In this document: positions 41,293 to 51,519 of the stretch, piece by piece
How the letters are laid out: each line of letters opens with the position of its first letter
Numbering within the stretch: the first letter of the stretch is position 1
Assembly: GCA_016840165.1 (NCBI GenBank)
Contig: JAEOSU010000032.1
Coordinates: forward strand, 32,001 to 96,000
Direction: 5' to 3'
Source of the DNA: Promethearchaeota archaeon
GTDB lineage: Archaea; Asgardarchaeota; Lokiarchaeia; Sigyniarchaeales; SOKP01
Length of the DNA: 64,000 bases
Program-made: the position numbers and the translations under genes
Notes under the pieces: generated by a model
Database searches by the model: none
Seen by the model: only the letters and a program-made list of their open reading frames with translations
What the model was told of the DNA's origin: nothing

Positions 41293-42873
41293 ATGGTTGA
41301 TAAAATAATTCCATTTTTAATCGATGTTGGAAATGTTATTCCTGCTCGTTCAAAGGCTACATTACTTAATGAAATGGCTATGGGTTTAATTGAATGTATT
41401 AATATCTATGGAAAAAGCCTTAATAAACTTGGAAAAATCAATAGGATATCTGTTTGTTTTTGGCCGGTACGTTTAATTCCTTTGAATGAAACTCGAGCAT
41501 GTGTGTGCAGTTATCTTTTAAATAAACAAGAGAAAATCAATGCCGGGGAATTCTCTCAAGTACCGCCCAGTCCAAATAATGTGGTAACTGGCGCTGATCC
41601 AGAGTCGTTTTTGAGTTCCTTACAATCATATAATAGTACTTATTTGAAAAAATCTAAAAATTTTAAACGAAATACCGTGATGCAGGAAGCTCTCTTTAGT
41701 TCAAGCGAGGTGGAGTATTTTAAGAATTTTTTTCTGAATCAGTATAATATAAGCTCATTTAATGAACCATATTTTCTCTTAGAGGGTGGACCAATACCTA
41801 AAAGCATAAATCAAGTAAAAATGAGCCCTGAAATTTTCGAATTTATCTCACAGAAGGATGTGCATATGTTAGATTCGTATGGACAGCAGATTATAAAATT
41901 ATGCGAACGATGGATTCAGAAAGGTGCTCAAGAAGCTGACAAGATACGAAATAGAAAAGTGGATACCAGTGAAGAGGAAAAACAATTAGCAATGCTCAAT
42001 AAGGAACTCCAAGCTGAGAAAGAACGGAAGATAGAATCATCTCCAGAGGAATTGGTTAAAACGGGAAAATATAAAATAAACGATAAGACTGGAGAATTTT
42101 TAAATAATACCAGTGCAATTAAAAATTCAATTGATCGGTTAAAAAATGCTATTAATAAAAACGACCTCTTTCAAGTAGAGGCAGGTGTAAAAGACCTTGA
42201 TATAAAACATCAAGATTTAGGCAATTCCATCAGTAGATATAAAACAGAAATCGATCAATTAAAGAAAAACATACAAAAAGAGATTAGTGATTTAGAAAAA
42301 ACGAAACAACAAAAAATTCGCGAACTAGAAAAGAAAATATCTGAAGTAGAGCGCAAAATAGAAGCAAAACATAGTGAACTTAGTGGTGATTTAAGTTCAA
42401 CTGAAGATATCGTCGCTAAAATTAAACAAGAGAAACAAACATGTCTTGATAATATCGAATCGGTGAAGGATACCGAAATGACTAACGTTCAAGATTTTTT
42501 CAAAACATATTCCATTGAAATCAAGACCAAAGATGTTGTTGTTGGAATCCCAATGTTTATCTTCTACTTTGTAGATCCTAACACTAGAAGAACCACTGAG
42601 AGAGCCCCTATGTTGCCAATTCTGATTGAAAAAGGAAAACCACAACGTACTAAAGTTTTATCTTCTTTTAGAGATAAACTAAGGGCTCTAATGAACAAAG
42701 ATAATGCTATGATTAATCTTGTGGAAAAAGGAGGAGAACAAGGTAATCTTATGGACATGAAAAACTTAGATACACAGCTAGAAGACGCAATTAATGATTT
42801 GAGGATAAAAAAAATACTTGGAAAAAAAGAGGCAGCGAAAGCAAAGGATATAATTCATAATCTTGTATGGTAG
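41293..42873 (+). CDS. hypothetical protein with long central coiled coil
   Basis: 526-aa ORF with K/E-rich heptads at about aa 210-400. Confidence 0.65.
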   Translation: MVDKIIPFLIDVGNVIPARSKATLLNEMAMGLIECINIYGKSLNKLGKINRISVCFWPVRLIPLNETRACVCSYLLNKQEKINAGEFSQVPPSPNNVVTGADPESFLSSLQSYNSTYLKKSKNFKRNTVMQEALFSSSEVEYFKNFFLNQYNISSFNEPYFLLEGGPIPKSINQVKMSPEIFEFISQKDVHMLDSYGQQIIKLCERWIQKGAQEADKIRNRKVDTSEEEKQLAMLNKELQAEKERKIESSPEELVKTGKYKINDKTGEFLNNTSAIKNSIDRLKNAINKNDLFQVEAGVKDLDIKHQDLGNSISRYKTEIDQLKKNIQKEISDLEKTKQQKIRELEKKISEVERKIEAKHSELSGDLSSTEDIVAKIKQEKQTCLDNIESVKDTEMTNVQDFFKTYSIEIKTKDVVVGIPMFIFYFVDPNTRRTTERAPMLPILIEKGKPQRTKVLSSFRDKLRALMNKDNAMINLVEKGGEQGNLMDMKNLDTQLEDAINDLRIKKILGKKEAAKAKDIIHNLVW

Positions 42874-42985
42874 CCATAAACCTAAATCTAAATTTTTTAA
42901 TATTCTTTTTAATCTCTTAAATTTAAAATATTTGTATAATTATATTTCTTACCTAATTTTGAAAATTTAGAAATGGAGAGCTATA

Positions 42986-44239
42986 ATGGCTAATAAATTA
43001 AATTTAACGAAAAGCTTTGAATTGTATGAAGAAGCTTTGAATCTTATACCTGGAGCTATATTAGGAATTCGAAGACCATATAATTTTGTTGAAGGAGAAT
43101 ATCCTATATTTTTTAAAGAAGCAAAGGGCGGGAAGGTTATTGATGTAGATGGGAATTCTTACATTGATATGCTTTGTGCTTATGGACCAATAATAATAGG
43201 TCATCAAGAGCCAGAAATTGATAATGCTGTTATTGAACAGATTAAAACTAAAGGATTTTGTATGTCTCTTACTCAACCAATTCAAAATGAATTAGGGAAG
43301 TTATTGAGAAAGCATATCCCTTGCTGTGAAAAATTAGTATTAATGAAGATGGGGACAGACGCAACAACTGCAGCAATCCGCGTTGCTCGAGCATATACTA
43401 AAAAAGTAAAAATCTTAACATGTGGATATCATGGATGGTACGATGCTTTCAGCGAGGTTCATGGTATAGAAGCTGGTATTCCCGAGAAATTATATGAAGA
43501 CTTCTATGAATTCCAATTTAATAATATAGTTGAAGTCGATCAATTGTTTAAGGAACATAAAAATGAAGTTGCTGCCGTTATTGTGAATCCAATTCATACT
43601 CCTGGAGGGAGAGAGGTTCAAGAACCAGAAAATGATTTCCTTAAAACTTTAAGAAATCTATGTTCTGAAAATGACGCTTTATTGGTCTATGATGAAATAC
43701 GTACTGGATTCAGGGTAGATATGGGAGGCGCTCAGAAAAAATATGATGCTATCCCTGATTTAGCAGCCTTTGGAAAAGCGATGGGGAATGGCTATCCTAT
43801 CAGCACGTTAGTTGGAAAGAAAGAATATATGGATGTGTTAGTCGAAAAAGTATTTTTAAGTTCAACTTTCTTTCCAAACAGTTTGGCACAAATAGCAGCA
43901 ATTAAAACCATCCAAATGTTAGAACGAGAAAAGGTTTTAGAAACTATCGCAGAAAATGGAGATCTTTTTGCTAATCAAGTTAAGGACTATATTACAGATA
44001 GCAGAATTCCTTGCAAATTTAGTGGAGCACCTTGGATGCCTTATATAACCTTCGATCCTGATCCTAATTATTTGTATCGTAAACTTAGGGAAGAATTTTA
44101 TCGACAATTAATACGCCAGAAAGTATTTTTGCAACCTTTTCATCATGGTTACATCGCATACCGGCACACAAAAGAAGATTTAGATTATGCTGCTCAAGCA
44201 ATTGATAATGCTTTGAAATCATGTAAATCATTAATTTAA
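42986..44239 (+). CDS. kat: class III PLP aminotransferase, probable 3-aminobutyryl-CoA aminotransferase (GSA-aminomutase-like)
   Basis: DVDGNSYID, YHGW, DEIRTGFR, FGKAMGNG; N-terminal GIRRPYNFVEGEYP as I recall it from Kat; lies just upstream of kce/kdd/kam genes, with no kal in the window. Confidence 0.65.
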   Translation: MANKLNLTKSFELYEEALNLIPGAILGIRRPYNFVEGEYPIFFKEAKGGKVIDVDGNSYIDMLCAYGPIIIGHQEPEIDNAVIEQIKTKGFCMSLTQPIQNELGKLLRKHIPCCEKLVLMKMGTDATTAAIRVARAYTKKVKILTCGYHGWYDAFSEVHGIEAGIPEKLYEDFYEFQFNNIVEVDQLFKEHKNEVAAVIVNPIHTPGGREVQEPENDFLKTLRNLCSENDALLVYDEIRTGFRVDMGGAQKKYDAIPDLAAFGKAMGNGYPISTLVGKKEYMDVLVEKVFLSSTFFPNSLAQIAAIKTIQMLEREKVLETIAENGDLFANQVKDYITDSRIPCKFSGAPWMPYITFDPDPNYLYRKLREEFYRQLIRQKVFLQPFHHGYIAYRHTKEDLDYAAQAIDNALKSCKSLI

Positions 44240-44372
44240 TAATAAAATCTGGTAAATTTGAATATTTTTTTATAACTTAAATTATTTTATAATATTTCAT
44301 ACATTAAAAATGAAAATTTGTTAATTATTTATAATTAGAAGAATTAAATAATAGATTTGTTTTTTATTCAAT

Positions 44373-44915
44373 ATGAATCTATCTTCAGAATCTGAACCTA
44401 AACAGAGTTTACTTAAAAATAAATTTTTTATTGTAGAAACAATCTATCTCATTATCATCGTTATCATTACGATAACAATTTTTCTTGATTTCATAGACAC
44501 GGGATTTTTCCTCGGTCCATTACGCTTCTCTCATTGGATGGGAATAATTGGAGCTTTTTTTATCATTTTTTTCGCACCATTATTTTATTATCTGAAACGT
44601 CGTTATCCCAAACGATATAAAATTTTGATGAACATCCATGTATTTGGTTTTACTACTTCTTTCTTACTTGTGTCTATACATTTTGCTGGACAACTTAGTC
44701 GTCCATTACAATTTTATCCAGATTTAGGAGCAGGATTAGCTCTCTACATTATCGTAGCTCTCCTCGTTGGCACAGGGTATTTGTTCAGATATAATCCCTT
44801 CAAATGGAAACGTAAAAAAGTTTCCCCTCATTTTAACAGGACATTACACGTGGGTCTTATAAGTGGATTATATATCGTAATGATCGTTCATGTCACATTA
44901 AACTTTTTAATCTAA
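44373..44915 (+). CDS. hypothetical membrane protein (His-containing, cytochrome b-like)
   Basis: 5 TM segments with several His residues. Confidence 0.55.
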   Translation: MNLSSESEPKQSLLKNKFFIVETIYLIIIVIITITIFLDFIDTGFFLGPLRFSHWMGIIGAFFIIFFAPLFYYLKRRYPKRYKILMNIHVFGFTTSFLLVSIHFAGQLSRPLQFYPDLGAGLALYIIVALLVGTGYLFRYNPFKWKRKKVSPHFNRTLHVGLISGLYIVMIVHVTLNFLI

Positions 44916-44952
44916 TTAAATCTAACAAAATTTCCTTTTTTAATTTCTCCTC

Positions 44953-45320
44953 TTAATCTTTTCGTATATCTGATAATTCTGAAAGGAAATTAACTCTTAA
45001 AGTGTTTAGTTCTTTAGCTTGTTTATCATGCCTTTCCTTTAAATCTGCTAATTTATCTTCTAGTTCTTTATTTGTTTCCTCTAATATCTCAACCTTTTTA
45101 TCAACCTTAGATAATTTTTCATTACCATTTCCTAATAAAGTTATGTGTTCAATATTCTCTACATAGTGATTCATAAATTCTTCTGGATCACTTAACATTG
45201 TTTCATATCTCGCTGAAACACCAACTGATGTCCCCTCATTCTTTCCACAATCTCATAATCTATACGGTTTCTTTTTAATTCTGTGTTGAACCATCTTCGA
45301 AAACTTTTAGGTGTAACATT
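44953..45320 (-). pseudogene. tyrosine recombinase/integrase C-terminal remnant, frameshifted
   Basis: One frame reads VTPKSFRRWFNTELKRNRIDYEIVERMRGH. After a frameshift near 45228, the next frame reads SVGVSARYETMLSDP followed by a coiled coil (ORF 44953-45198). No N-terminus; overlaps the acyltransferase 3' end. Confidence 0.7.
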
Positions 45321-46473
45321 TTCTAAAAAGAAATTTTAATCCTTTCTTTTCAATGTACCACCAAAGAACTCCAACCGAAATACAAATTATCCAATTTATA
45401 ATTAATAAGCCAATATTTACAAAAAGATCCCCAGATGCGATGCCAAGGGGATTAACTATTCCCGCAAATCCTAAAGTGTTCCACACGTCCTCATAAGCGA
45501 TATATAAACAGACATAATATAGATCTTGAACTAAATAAATATGAAACGTTGCTCTACCGACTGGAGAGATAACTTTTGCTATTGGATTTTTAGGATTTTT
45601 CGGCAATAAACGTAGGACTATTAAAAAGATTAGAGCGGAATACACAAAAGTAAGATAATTATAATCTCCCCTTATAATTTCAGAGCCATTAATTACCAAT
45701 CGAAAATCAAAGAAGTCCCAAGCAATCATGTATATTAAATTGACTGGAAATAATATCCACACAAATAAGTTCCTTTTACTAAACAAATTATGATTCTGTG
45801 AAAACCAGATCCCCATACCCACAGCTGATAGATATAGGAAAATAACCTGTCGAAAAGGTAACTCTCGTAAAATATCATCAATTCCAGTTATTGGCCCAAT
45901 ATAAAAAAACAAGAATAAATGCATACAGATTTCAATAAGAAAACAAAGAATAAGAGTCAAAATAGGCTTTTTACTAAACAAATAATATAACAGAGGAAGT
46001 AATAGTATTGATTGGATTAATACTGGAATGAACCAATTACCAGGGCCCTCTAAAAGTGATTTTTGAAATACAATATATTCTAAAAACCAGTTTTCATTAA
46101 GCGTTTCCGGGAAATATGCTCCATAAATGATAAATCCAATTATAGTTGATATAATATAAAAGATAATATAAGGAAATATAAAACGCCAGAATTTCTTTTT
46201 AAAGTATGAGAGTGAATATAACTTTTTTAAAGATGCATCTCCTTCTCGGGCAAAAGATTTTCCCATATTAAAACCTAATATAACCAAGAATACGGGGATA
46301 GACATTCTTTCCCATAATTGATAACCAATTCCAAATATTTGACTATAAGCCAAAGAATGATCTAAAACGACGAAAGCAATCATAATTGCTTTCAATAAAT
46401 CAATCTGGAAAAGATTTTTTGATTTATTTTCCTGTTCAATAACTACATCATCATTCAATAAATTATCTTGCAT
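45307..46473 (-). CDS. acyltransferase family 3 (OafA-like) membrane protein
   Basis: IDLLKAIMIAFVVLDH, IPVFLVILG, WFIP, GRATFHIYLVQ. Confidence 0.85.
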   Translation of the reverse strand: MQDNLLNDDVVIEQENKSKNLFQIDLLKAIMIAFVVLDHSLAYSQIFGIGYQLWERMSIPVFLVILGFNMGKSFAREGDASLKKLYSLSYFKKKFWRFIFPYIIFYIISTIIGFIIYGAYFPETLNENWFLEYIVFQKSLLEGPGNWFIPVLIQSILLLPLLYYLFSKKPILTLILCFLIEICMHLFLFFYIGPITGIDDILRELPFRQVIFLYLSAVGMGIWFSQNHNLFSKRNLFVWILFPVNLIYMIAWDFFDFRLVINGSEIIRGDYNYLTFVYSALIFLIVLRLLPKNPKNPIAKVISPVGRATFHIYLVQDLYYVCLYIAYEDVWNTLGFAGIVNPLGIASGDLFVNIGLLIINWIICISVGVLWWYIEKKGLKFLFRKCYT

Positions 46474-46674
46474 TCTTTTATTCTCTTAAAGAATATTAAT
46501 TGAATTCAAATGTCTTTGTAAACTAATAAATGTTATATATCATTACTTCTAAAATCTTAGAAGTTAGATACACCCGTATAAAATATGACCGAAACAATCA
46601 TAAAATTTTATTAGTTAAACAATTTTTTATCCTCACTAAAGTTATATTATTTCAAACGTATAATTGAAATAACT

Positions 46675-47496
46675 ATGGAGAAATTGATAATCACTGCTGC
46701 TATATGTGGTGCTGAAGCCTTTAAAGAGAATAATCCAGCTATTCCATATACAGTAAAAGAAATTGGTATAGAAGCAGAAAGAGCGTTTTTAGCTGGAGCT
46801 AGCATTATTCATCTTCATGTTCGTGAAGATGATGGAACTCCTACTCAAAATAAAGAACGGTTTAAAGCATGCATGGAAGAGATAAAAAGTAGGATAGAAG
46901 AGGTTATTATTATGCCGTCTACGGGAGGAGCTGTTGGTATGACAGATCAGGAGAGGCTTCAACCCATATTTCTTGAAAATATTGAAATGGCTAGCTTAGA
47001 TATGGGAACAATGAATTTTGGAGGTCAAGAAATTTTTGTAAATACCGAGAAAACCATAAAACACTTTGCCGAAGAGATGTATAAGCGAGGAATTAAACCT
47101 GAACTAGAATGTTTTGACAAAGGGATGATTGATACCACTTTACGATTGAACGCTCAAGGTTTAATTAAATCCCCAATGCATTTTAATTTAGTGTTTGGGG
47201 TTAAAGGTGGAATAAACGCAACTATCAGAGATTTGGCATACCTTATTGATAATCTTCCTCATAATTCTACCTACACAGTAACTGGTATTGGTCAATATGA
47301 AATGCCAATGGCGGCCTTAAGTATAGCTTTAGGTGGACATGTTCGCGTAGGCCTTGAAGATAATATTTATATATCTAAAGGAGTGTTAGCTGAGTCGAAT
47401 GCTCAATTAGTAGATAAAATAGTTCGTATCGCAAATGAGATGGGCAGAGAAATTGCCTCTCCATACGACGCGAGAAAGATTTTAAAAATTAAATAA
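46675..47496 (+). CDS. kce: 3-keto-5-aminohexanoate cleavage enzyme
   Basis: KLIITAAICGAE, IIHLHVRE, STGGAVG, PELECFD, RVGLEDN; lysine-fermentation context. Confidence 0.92.
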   Translation: MEKLIITAAICGAEAFKENNPAIPYTVKEIGIEAERAFLAGASIIHLHVREDDGTPTQNKERFKACMEEIKSRIEEVIIMPSTGGAVGMTDQERLQPIFLENIEMASLDMGTMNFGGQEIFVNTEKTIKHFAEEMYKRGIKPELECFDKGMIDTTLRLNAQGLIKSPMHFNLVFGVKGGINATIRDLAYLIDNLPHNSTYTVTGIGQYEMPMAALSIALGGHVRVGLEDNIYISKGVLAESNAQLVDKIVRIANEMGREIASPYDARKILKIK

Positions 47497-47526
47497 AAAA
47501 TATGAAAAGATAAGATTGGGAATAAA

Positions 47527-48234
47527 ATGTATAAAGATTTCGCAGATGTTTATGATTTAATTTATTCTTTTATTGATTATAAAAAAGCTTGTAAAAAGCT
47601 CTCTAAGTTAATTAAGAAATACAAGAAATCTTCTGGAATAGAGTTACTTGATGTTGCTTGTGGGACGGGTTCCCACTTATTTTATTTACAAAATGAATTT
47701 ATTTGCTCAGGTACAGATATAAATACAGAAATGTTAAACATTGCCGGAGAAAAAGTAGAAAATGCGACTTTTATTCACTCCGACATGATAAATATGGATC
47801 TTAAAAAGAAATTTGATATCATTACCTGCCTATTTAGTTCAATTGGTTATGTAAAAACATATGAAAACTTAAAAAAAACGATTGAAAATTTTTCTAATCA
47901 TTTAAACCCTGGAGGTGTGGTAATCATTGAACCATGGATATCAAAATCAGATTATCAACCCGGAAGGCCTTCAATGAATACTTATGATAACGATAATATA
48001 AAAATCGCCCGGTTAAACACAGCAAAACTCAATGATAATTTGTCTATCATGGAAATGCATTATTTAATGGTCAAAAAAGATGAGGATGTACAATATTTTA
48101 AGGATTGCCATGAGTTAGGCTTATTTGATCATGAAGAGACAATCCAGATAATGAAAGATTCAGATTTGGAAGTAATATCATTTCAAAAGGGAGTAATGGT
48201 TGATAGGGGTCTTTTTTTAGGGATCAAGAAATAA
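47527..48234 (+). CDS. class I SAM-dependent methyltransferase (TylM1-like)
   Basis: LLDVACGTG, CLFSSIGY, HLNPGGVVIIEPW. Confidence 0.85.
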   Translation: MYKDFADVYDLIYSFIDYKKACKKLSKLIKKYKKSSGIELLDVACGTGSHLFYLQNEFICSGTDINTEMLNIAGEKVENATFIHSDMINMDLKKKFDIITCLFSSIGYVKTYENLKKTIENFSNHLNPGGVVIIEPWISKSDYQPGRPSMNTYDNDNIKIARLNTAKLNDNLSIMEMHYLMVKKDEDVQYFKDCHELGLFDHEETIQIMKDSDLEVISFQKGVMVDRGLFLGIKK

Positions 48235-48255
48235 TATATCAAAACTAAGATGTGA

Positions 48256-49299
48256 ATGAATATGAAAAAAGGAAACAAATATGGAACCCATAGGGTGATC
48301 AAGCCTATAGGGGCTCTTCCACAACCAGCTCAGAAAATATCCAATGATGAAAACTTATTTGATAATGAGATATTAGTTGATGTTGATTACTTGAATATTG
48401 ATTCAGCAAGTTTTACTCAATTAAAAGAAGAAGCACGCGGCGATTTAAATAAAATAGAAAAAAGGATTATACAAATAGTAAGTGAAAAAGGAAAAATGCA
48501 AAATCCAATTACAGGTTCAGGGGGAATGCTAATTGGTACAGTGGAGAAAATTGGGGATGCGATTTTAGGAAAAATAGATCTCAAAAGTGGGGACAAAATA
48601 GCGACATTGGTCTCTCTTTCTTTAACTCCTCTTAAAATCAATAGGATCAAGAAAATTTATCCAGAAATTGATCGTGTAGAAATTGATGGTAAAGCAATTC
48701 TGTTTGAAAGTGGAATTTTTGCAAAATTACCTAAAGACATGGAAGATACTTTGGCACTAGCAGCACTCGATGTTGCAGGAGCTCCCGCTCAAGTGCAAAA
48801 GCTTGTGAAACAAGGAGACACAGTACTGATTCTAGGTGCAACAGGCAAATCAGGTCTGATGTGTTCATATATGGCTAAAAGAATGGTTGGAAAAGAGGGG
48901 AAAGTTATTGGTCAGGCAAGAAATGGATCGCGAGCTAGTTTTCTCAAAGAAACACAATTTTGTCATGAGGTTATAATTGCTGATGTGCTAAAACCCATTG
49001 AAGTATTGGAAGAAACATTAAAAGTGAATAATGGAAGAGAAGTAGACATCTCGATAAATTGCTTAAGTATTCCGAATACAGAAATGTCGAGTATTTTACC
49101 GGTTCGAGATGGTGGCATAGTATATTTCTTTTCGATGGCAACTAGTTTTACAAAGGCCGCATTAGGAGCAGAAGGTGTAGGAAAAGATGTTACCATGATT
49201 ATTGGGAATGGTTATACCAAAAATCATGTGGAAATAACGTTAAATCTTTTGAGAGAATCTGAAAAGTTAAGAAGAATATTTGAAGAAAAATATTGTTAG
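48256..49299 (+). CDS. kdd: L-erythro-3,5-diaminohexanoate dehydrogenase
   Basis: GNKYGTHRV, LNIDSASF, KMQNPITGSGGML, LDVAGAP, FFSMATSF, IGNGY. Confidence 0.93.
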   Translation: MNMKKGNKYGTHRVIKPIGALPQPAQKISNDENLFDNEILVDVDYLNIDSASFTQLKEEARGDLNKIEKRIIQIVSEKGKMQNPITGSGGMLIGTVEKIGDAILGKIDLKSGDKIATLVSLSLTPLKINRIKKIYPEIDRVEIDGKAILFESGIFAKLPKDMEDTLALAALDVAGAPAQVQKLVKQGDTVLILGATGKSGLMCSYMAKRMVGKEGKVIGQARNGSRASFLKETQFCHEVIIADVLKPIEVLEETLKVNNGREVDISINCLSIPNTEMSSILPVRDGGIVYFFSMATSFTKAALGAEGVGKDVTMIIGNGYTKNHVEITLNLLRESEKLRRIFEEKYC

Positions 49300-49742
49300 C
49301 TAGAATTTTTATAATCCTCTCCACAATAACAAGTTTCGGAATTAGGAATTTCATTTCCACAGGGACAAAAATTTGGATGGTTATATTTCTCACAAATTCT
49401 ATTGATAGTCTCACAAGAGAACATTAAATTAAGTTTTTCACTTTCTTCGTGTGCCTGATCTATAGTTAACTCCAACTCATTATAGAGGAGAAGTTCTAGT
49501 AGTTGGGCATGACGCAATAATTCCTTGGCAAGATTTACTCCTTTTTGAGTAAGCTCGACATGAGAATAACGTATCCATTTAATTAACTCAGCTTTTTCAA
49601 GTCTTTCAAGACAACTATTTATAGTTGATAAAGCTATTTTAATAGCTCTAGTAGATTTGATTTCTGATTGAATTTTCTTCAATCTTACCTTTTCATCGTT
49701 CCGGAAAATAATTTTTAATATTTGGTAATCGATATCCAACAT
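49296..49742 (-). CDS. DtxR/MntR-family metal-dependent transcriptional regulator
   Basis: wHTH, LTQKG, RHAQLLE, AHEES, HPNFCPCGNEIP. Confidence 0.85.
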   Translation of the reverse strand: MLDIDYQILKIIFRNDEKVRLKKIQSEIKSTRAIKIALSTINSCLERLEKAELIKWIRYSHVELTQKGVNLAKELLRHAQLLELLLYNELELTIDQAHEESEKLNLMFSCETINRICEKYNHPNFCPCGNEIPNSETCYCGEDYKNSS

Positions 49743-49759
49743 ATTTTATCAATCCTTAT

Positions 49760-50515
49760 TTAATGATTGTGTCCTCCTAAAAAGAGAAGCAGTGTCATTA
49801 GGACTATACCAAGAACAATTAGGAATAATTGTTTAACAATTTCTTTCGTTTCTGTACGTTCATGAAGTTGAGGAGTTAAGTCAGATAATGCAATATATAT
49901 AAAACTGGCAGCGGAGAAAGCCAAAAAGATCGGAACGACTGTCTCAAAAACATCTAAAATGAAATAACTTATAATTGCTGAAGGTATGGTAGTAGAACTA
50001 GATAGAATATTATATAAAAATGCTTTTTTGTTTGACATTCCACTATGGATCAATATTGCAAAATCACCCGTCTCTTGTGGGATTTCATGCATAATAATTG
50101 TGAAACTCGCTGCTAAACCAATATTAAAATCAGTTAGAAATGCTGCAGCAATTACAATGCCATCAGTAAAATTGTGAAATGCATCCCCAATTAAAACTAA
50201 TGGTCCAGGTGCATGAGCATGAACCTCACATGCATTATTTTGACAATTTCTCCAAATAAGGAATTTTTCTAGAAAGAAAAAAAATAAGATCCCTCCTAAT
50301 ATTATGGTAGTTATAAGATGTGGCTCCGTTACAGCCTCTATTGACTCTGGAATTAAACCCAAGAATGCAGCGGTTAATAATGTTCCCGTAGCAAAGGATA
50401 GTAATGCGGGAATTAACTTTTTTTGAATTTTTTCTCCTAATACAACAAATATTGAAGCGGCTGCGATAGCCCCGACACTCCCCAAAATACTAAAGAGTAT
50501 AACCCATATTAACAT
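49760..50515 (-). CDS. ZIP-family metal transporter
   Basis: GDAFHNFTDG, HEIPQETGD, LSDLTP. Confidence 0.92.
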   Translation of the reverse strand: MLIWVILFSILGSVGAIAAASIFVVLGEKIQKKLIPALLSFATGTLLTAAFLGLIPESIEAVTEPHLITTIILGGILFFFFLEKFLIWRNCQNNACEVHAHAPGPLVLIGDAFHNFTDGIVIAAAFLTDFNIGLAASFTIIMHEIPQETGDFAILIHSGMSNKKAFLYNILSSSTTIPSAIISYFILDVFETVVPIFLAFSAASFIYIALSDLTPQLHERTETKEIVKQLFLIVLGIVLMTLLLFLGGHNH

Positions 50516-50554
50516 ATTTTTCCTTACTTTTAGATTAATAATTTATAATTCTAT

Positions 50555-51310
50555 TTAAATCAAAGATTTCCAAAGAAAGATTAAGATCATTATACCTATT
50601 CCAGCTAAAATTAGTGTTATTTGCCTCAATGAATATTTAAATCCCACTTTTTTATGCAGTTCTGGTGTTAAATCAGATAGTGCGATATAAATGAAACTAG
50701 ATGCGGAAATCGCCAGTACGTATGGTATCGCTAGGCTGAGTATATCTAAGATAAAGTATCCGATAATTGCTGCGGGGATAGTCGAAAGACCAGAAAGAGT
50801 ATTGTATATGAATGCTTTTTTCTTAGTGTAATCTTTATCAATTAAAATAGCTAGATCTCCAATTTCTTGTGGGATCTCATGAGCTATTACTGAAATACTT
50901 ACTACAATTCCAACAAATGGATCTAATAAGAAGGAGGCAGCAATTACTATACCATCAACGAAATTGTGAAAAGCATCACCAATTAGAATAATCGGTCCTG
51001 CTGCACTTTCGGTGACTTCGCAGGAATCCTCATGACAATGTCTCCATATGACTAATTTTTCTAAAATGAAAAAAAACAAAATTCCTCCTAAGAAAAATGA
51101 CATTACAAGCTGAATTTGATTCCCTGAATTTATAATGGCCGTAGGAATCATTCCTAGGGATGCGGCTGCGAGAAGTGTTCCGATAGCAAATGAAACCAAA
51201 CAACTTACAAGTCCTTTTTGGGATCGTTTTTTAATTGACAAAAAACCAAAGGCAATTATAATTGCCCCAACACTCCCTAAAATGCTAAATAATATAACCC
51301 AAAATATCAT
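50555..51310 (-). CDS. ZIP-family metal transporter (tandem paralog)
   Basis: GDAFHNFVDG, HEIPQEIGD; same length (251 aa) as its neighbour. Confidence 0.92.
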   Translation of the reverse strand: MIFWVILFSILGSVGAIIIAFGFLSIKKRSQKGLVSCLVSFAIGTLLAAASLGMIPTAIINSGNQIQLVMSFFLGGILFFFILEKLVIWRHCHEDSCEVTESAAGPIILIGDAFHNFVDGIVIAASFLLDPFVGIVVSISVIAHEIPQEIGDLAILIDKDYTKKKAFIYNTLSGLSTIPAAIIGYFILDILSLAIPYVLAISASSFIYIALSDLTPELHKKVGFKYSLRQITLILAGIGIMILIFLWKSLI

Positions 51311-51358
51311 CTTTTTATAAAATTCTTAATTTATTGTATATTTTTTCTTATATATTAA

Positions 51359-51374
51359 TTACGATAGATCGTAA
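51359..51374. promoter_or_regulatory. palindromic operator candidate (DtxR/MntR-type) upstream of the ZIP operon
   Basis: TTACGAT-AG-ATCGTAA perfect dyad about 50 nt upstream of the ZIP start. Confidence 0.5.
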
Positions 51375-51519
51375 ATCTTCATTTTTAAACATTTCGCTCC
51401 CAAATACAATATAATATGATTTTCAATAAAAGAGCGATATTTATTAAACAAATAACTATTTGAACAAAAAATCTTTAACTAACTTGATATATCGGGATTT
51501 AATAAAATATTGAATCATT

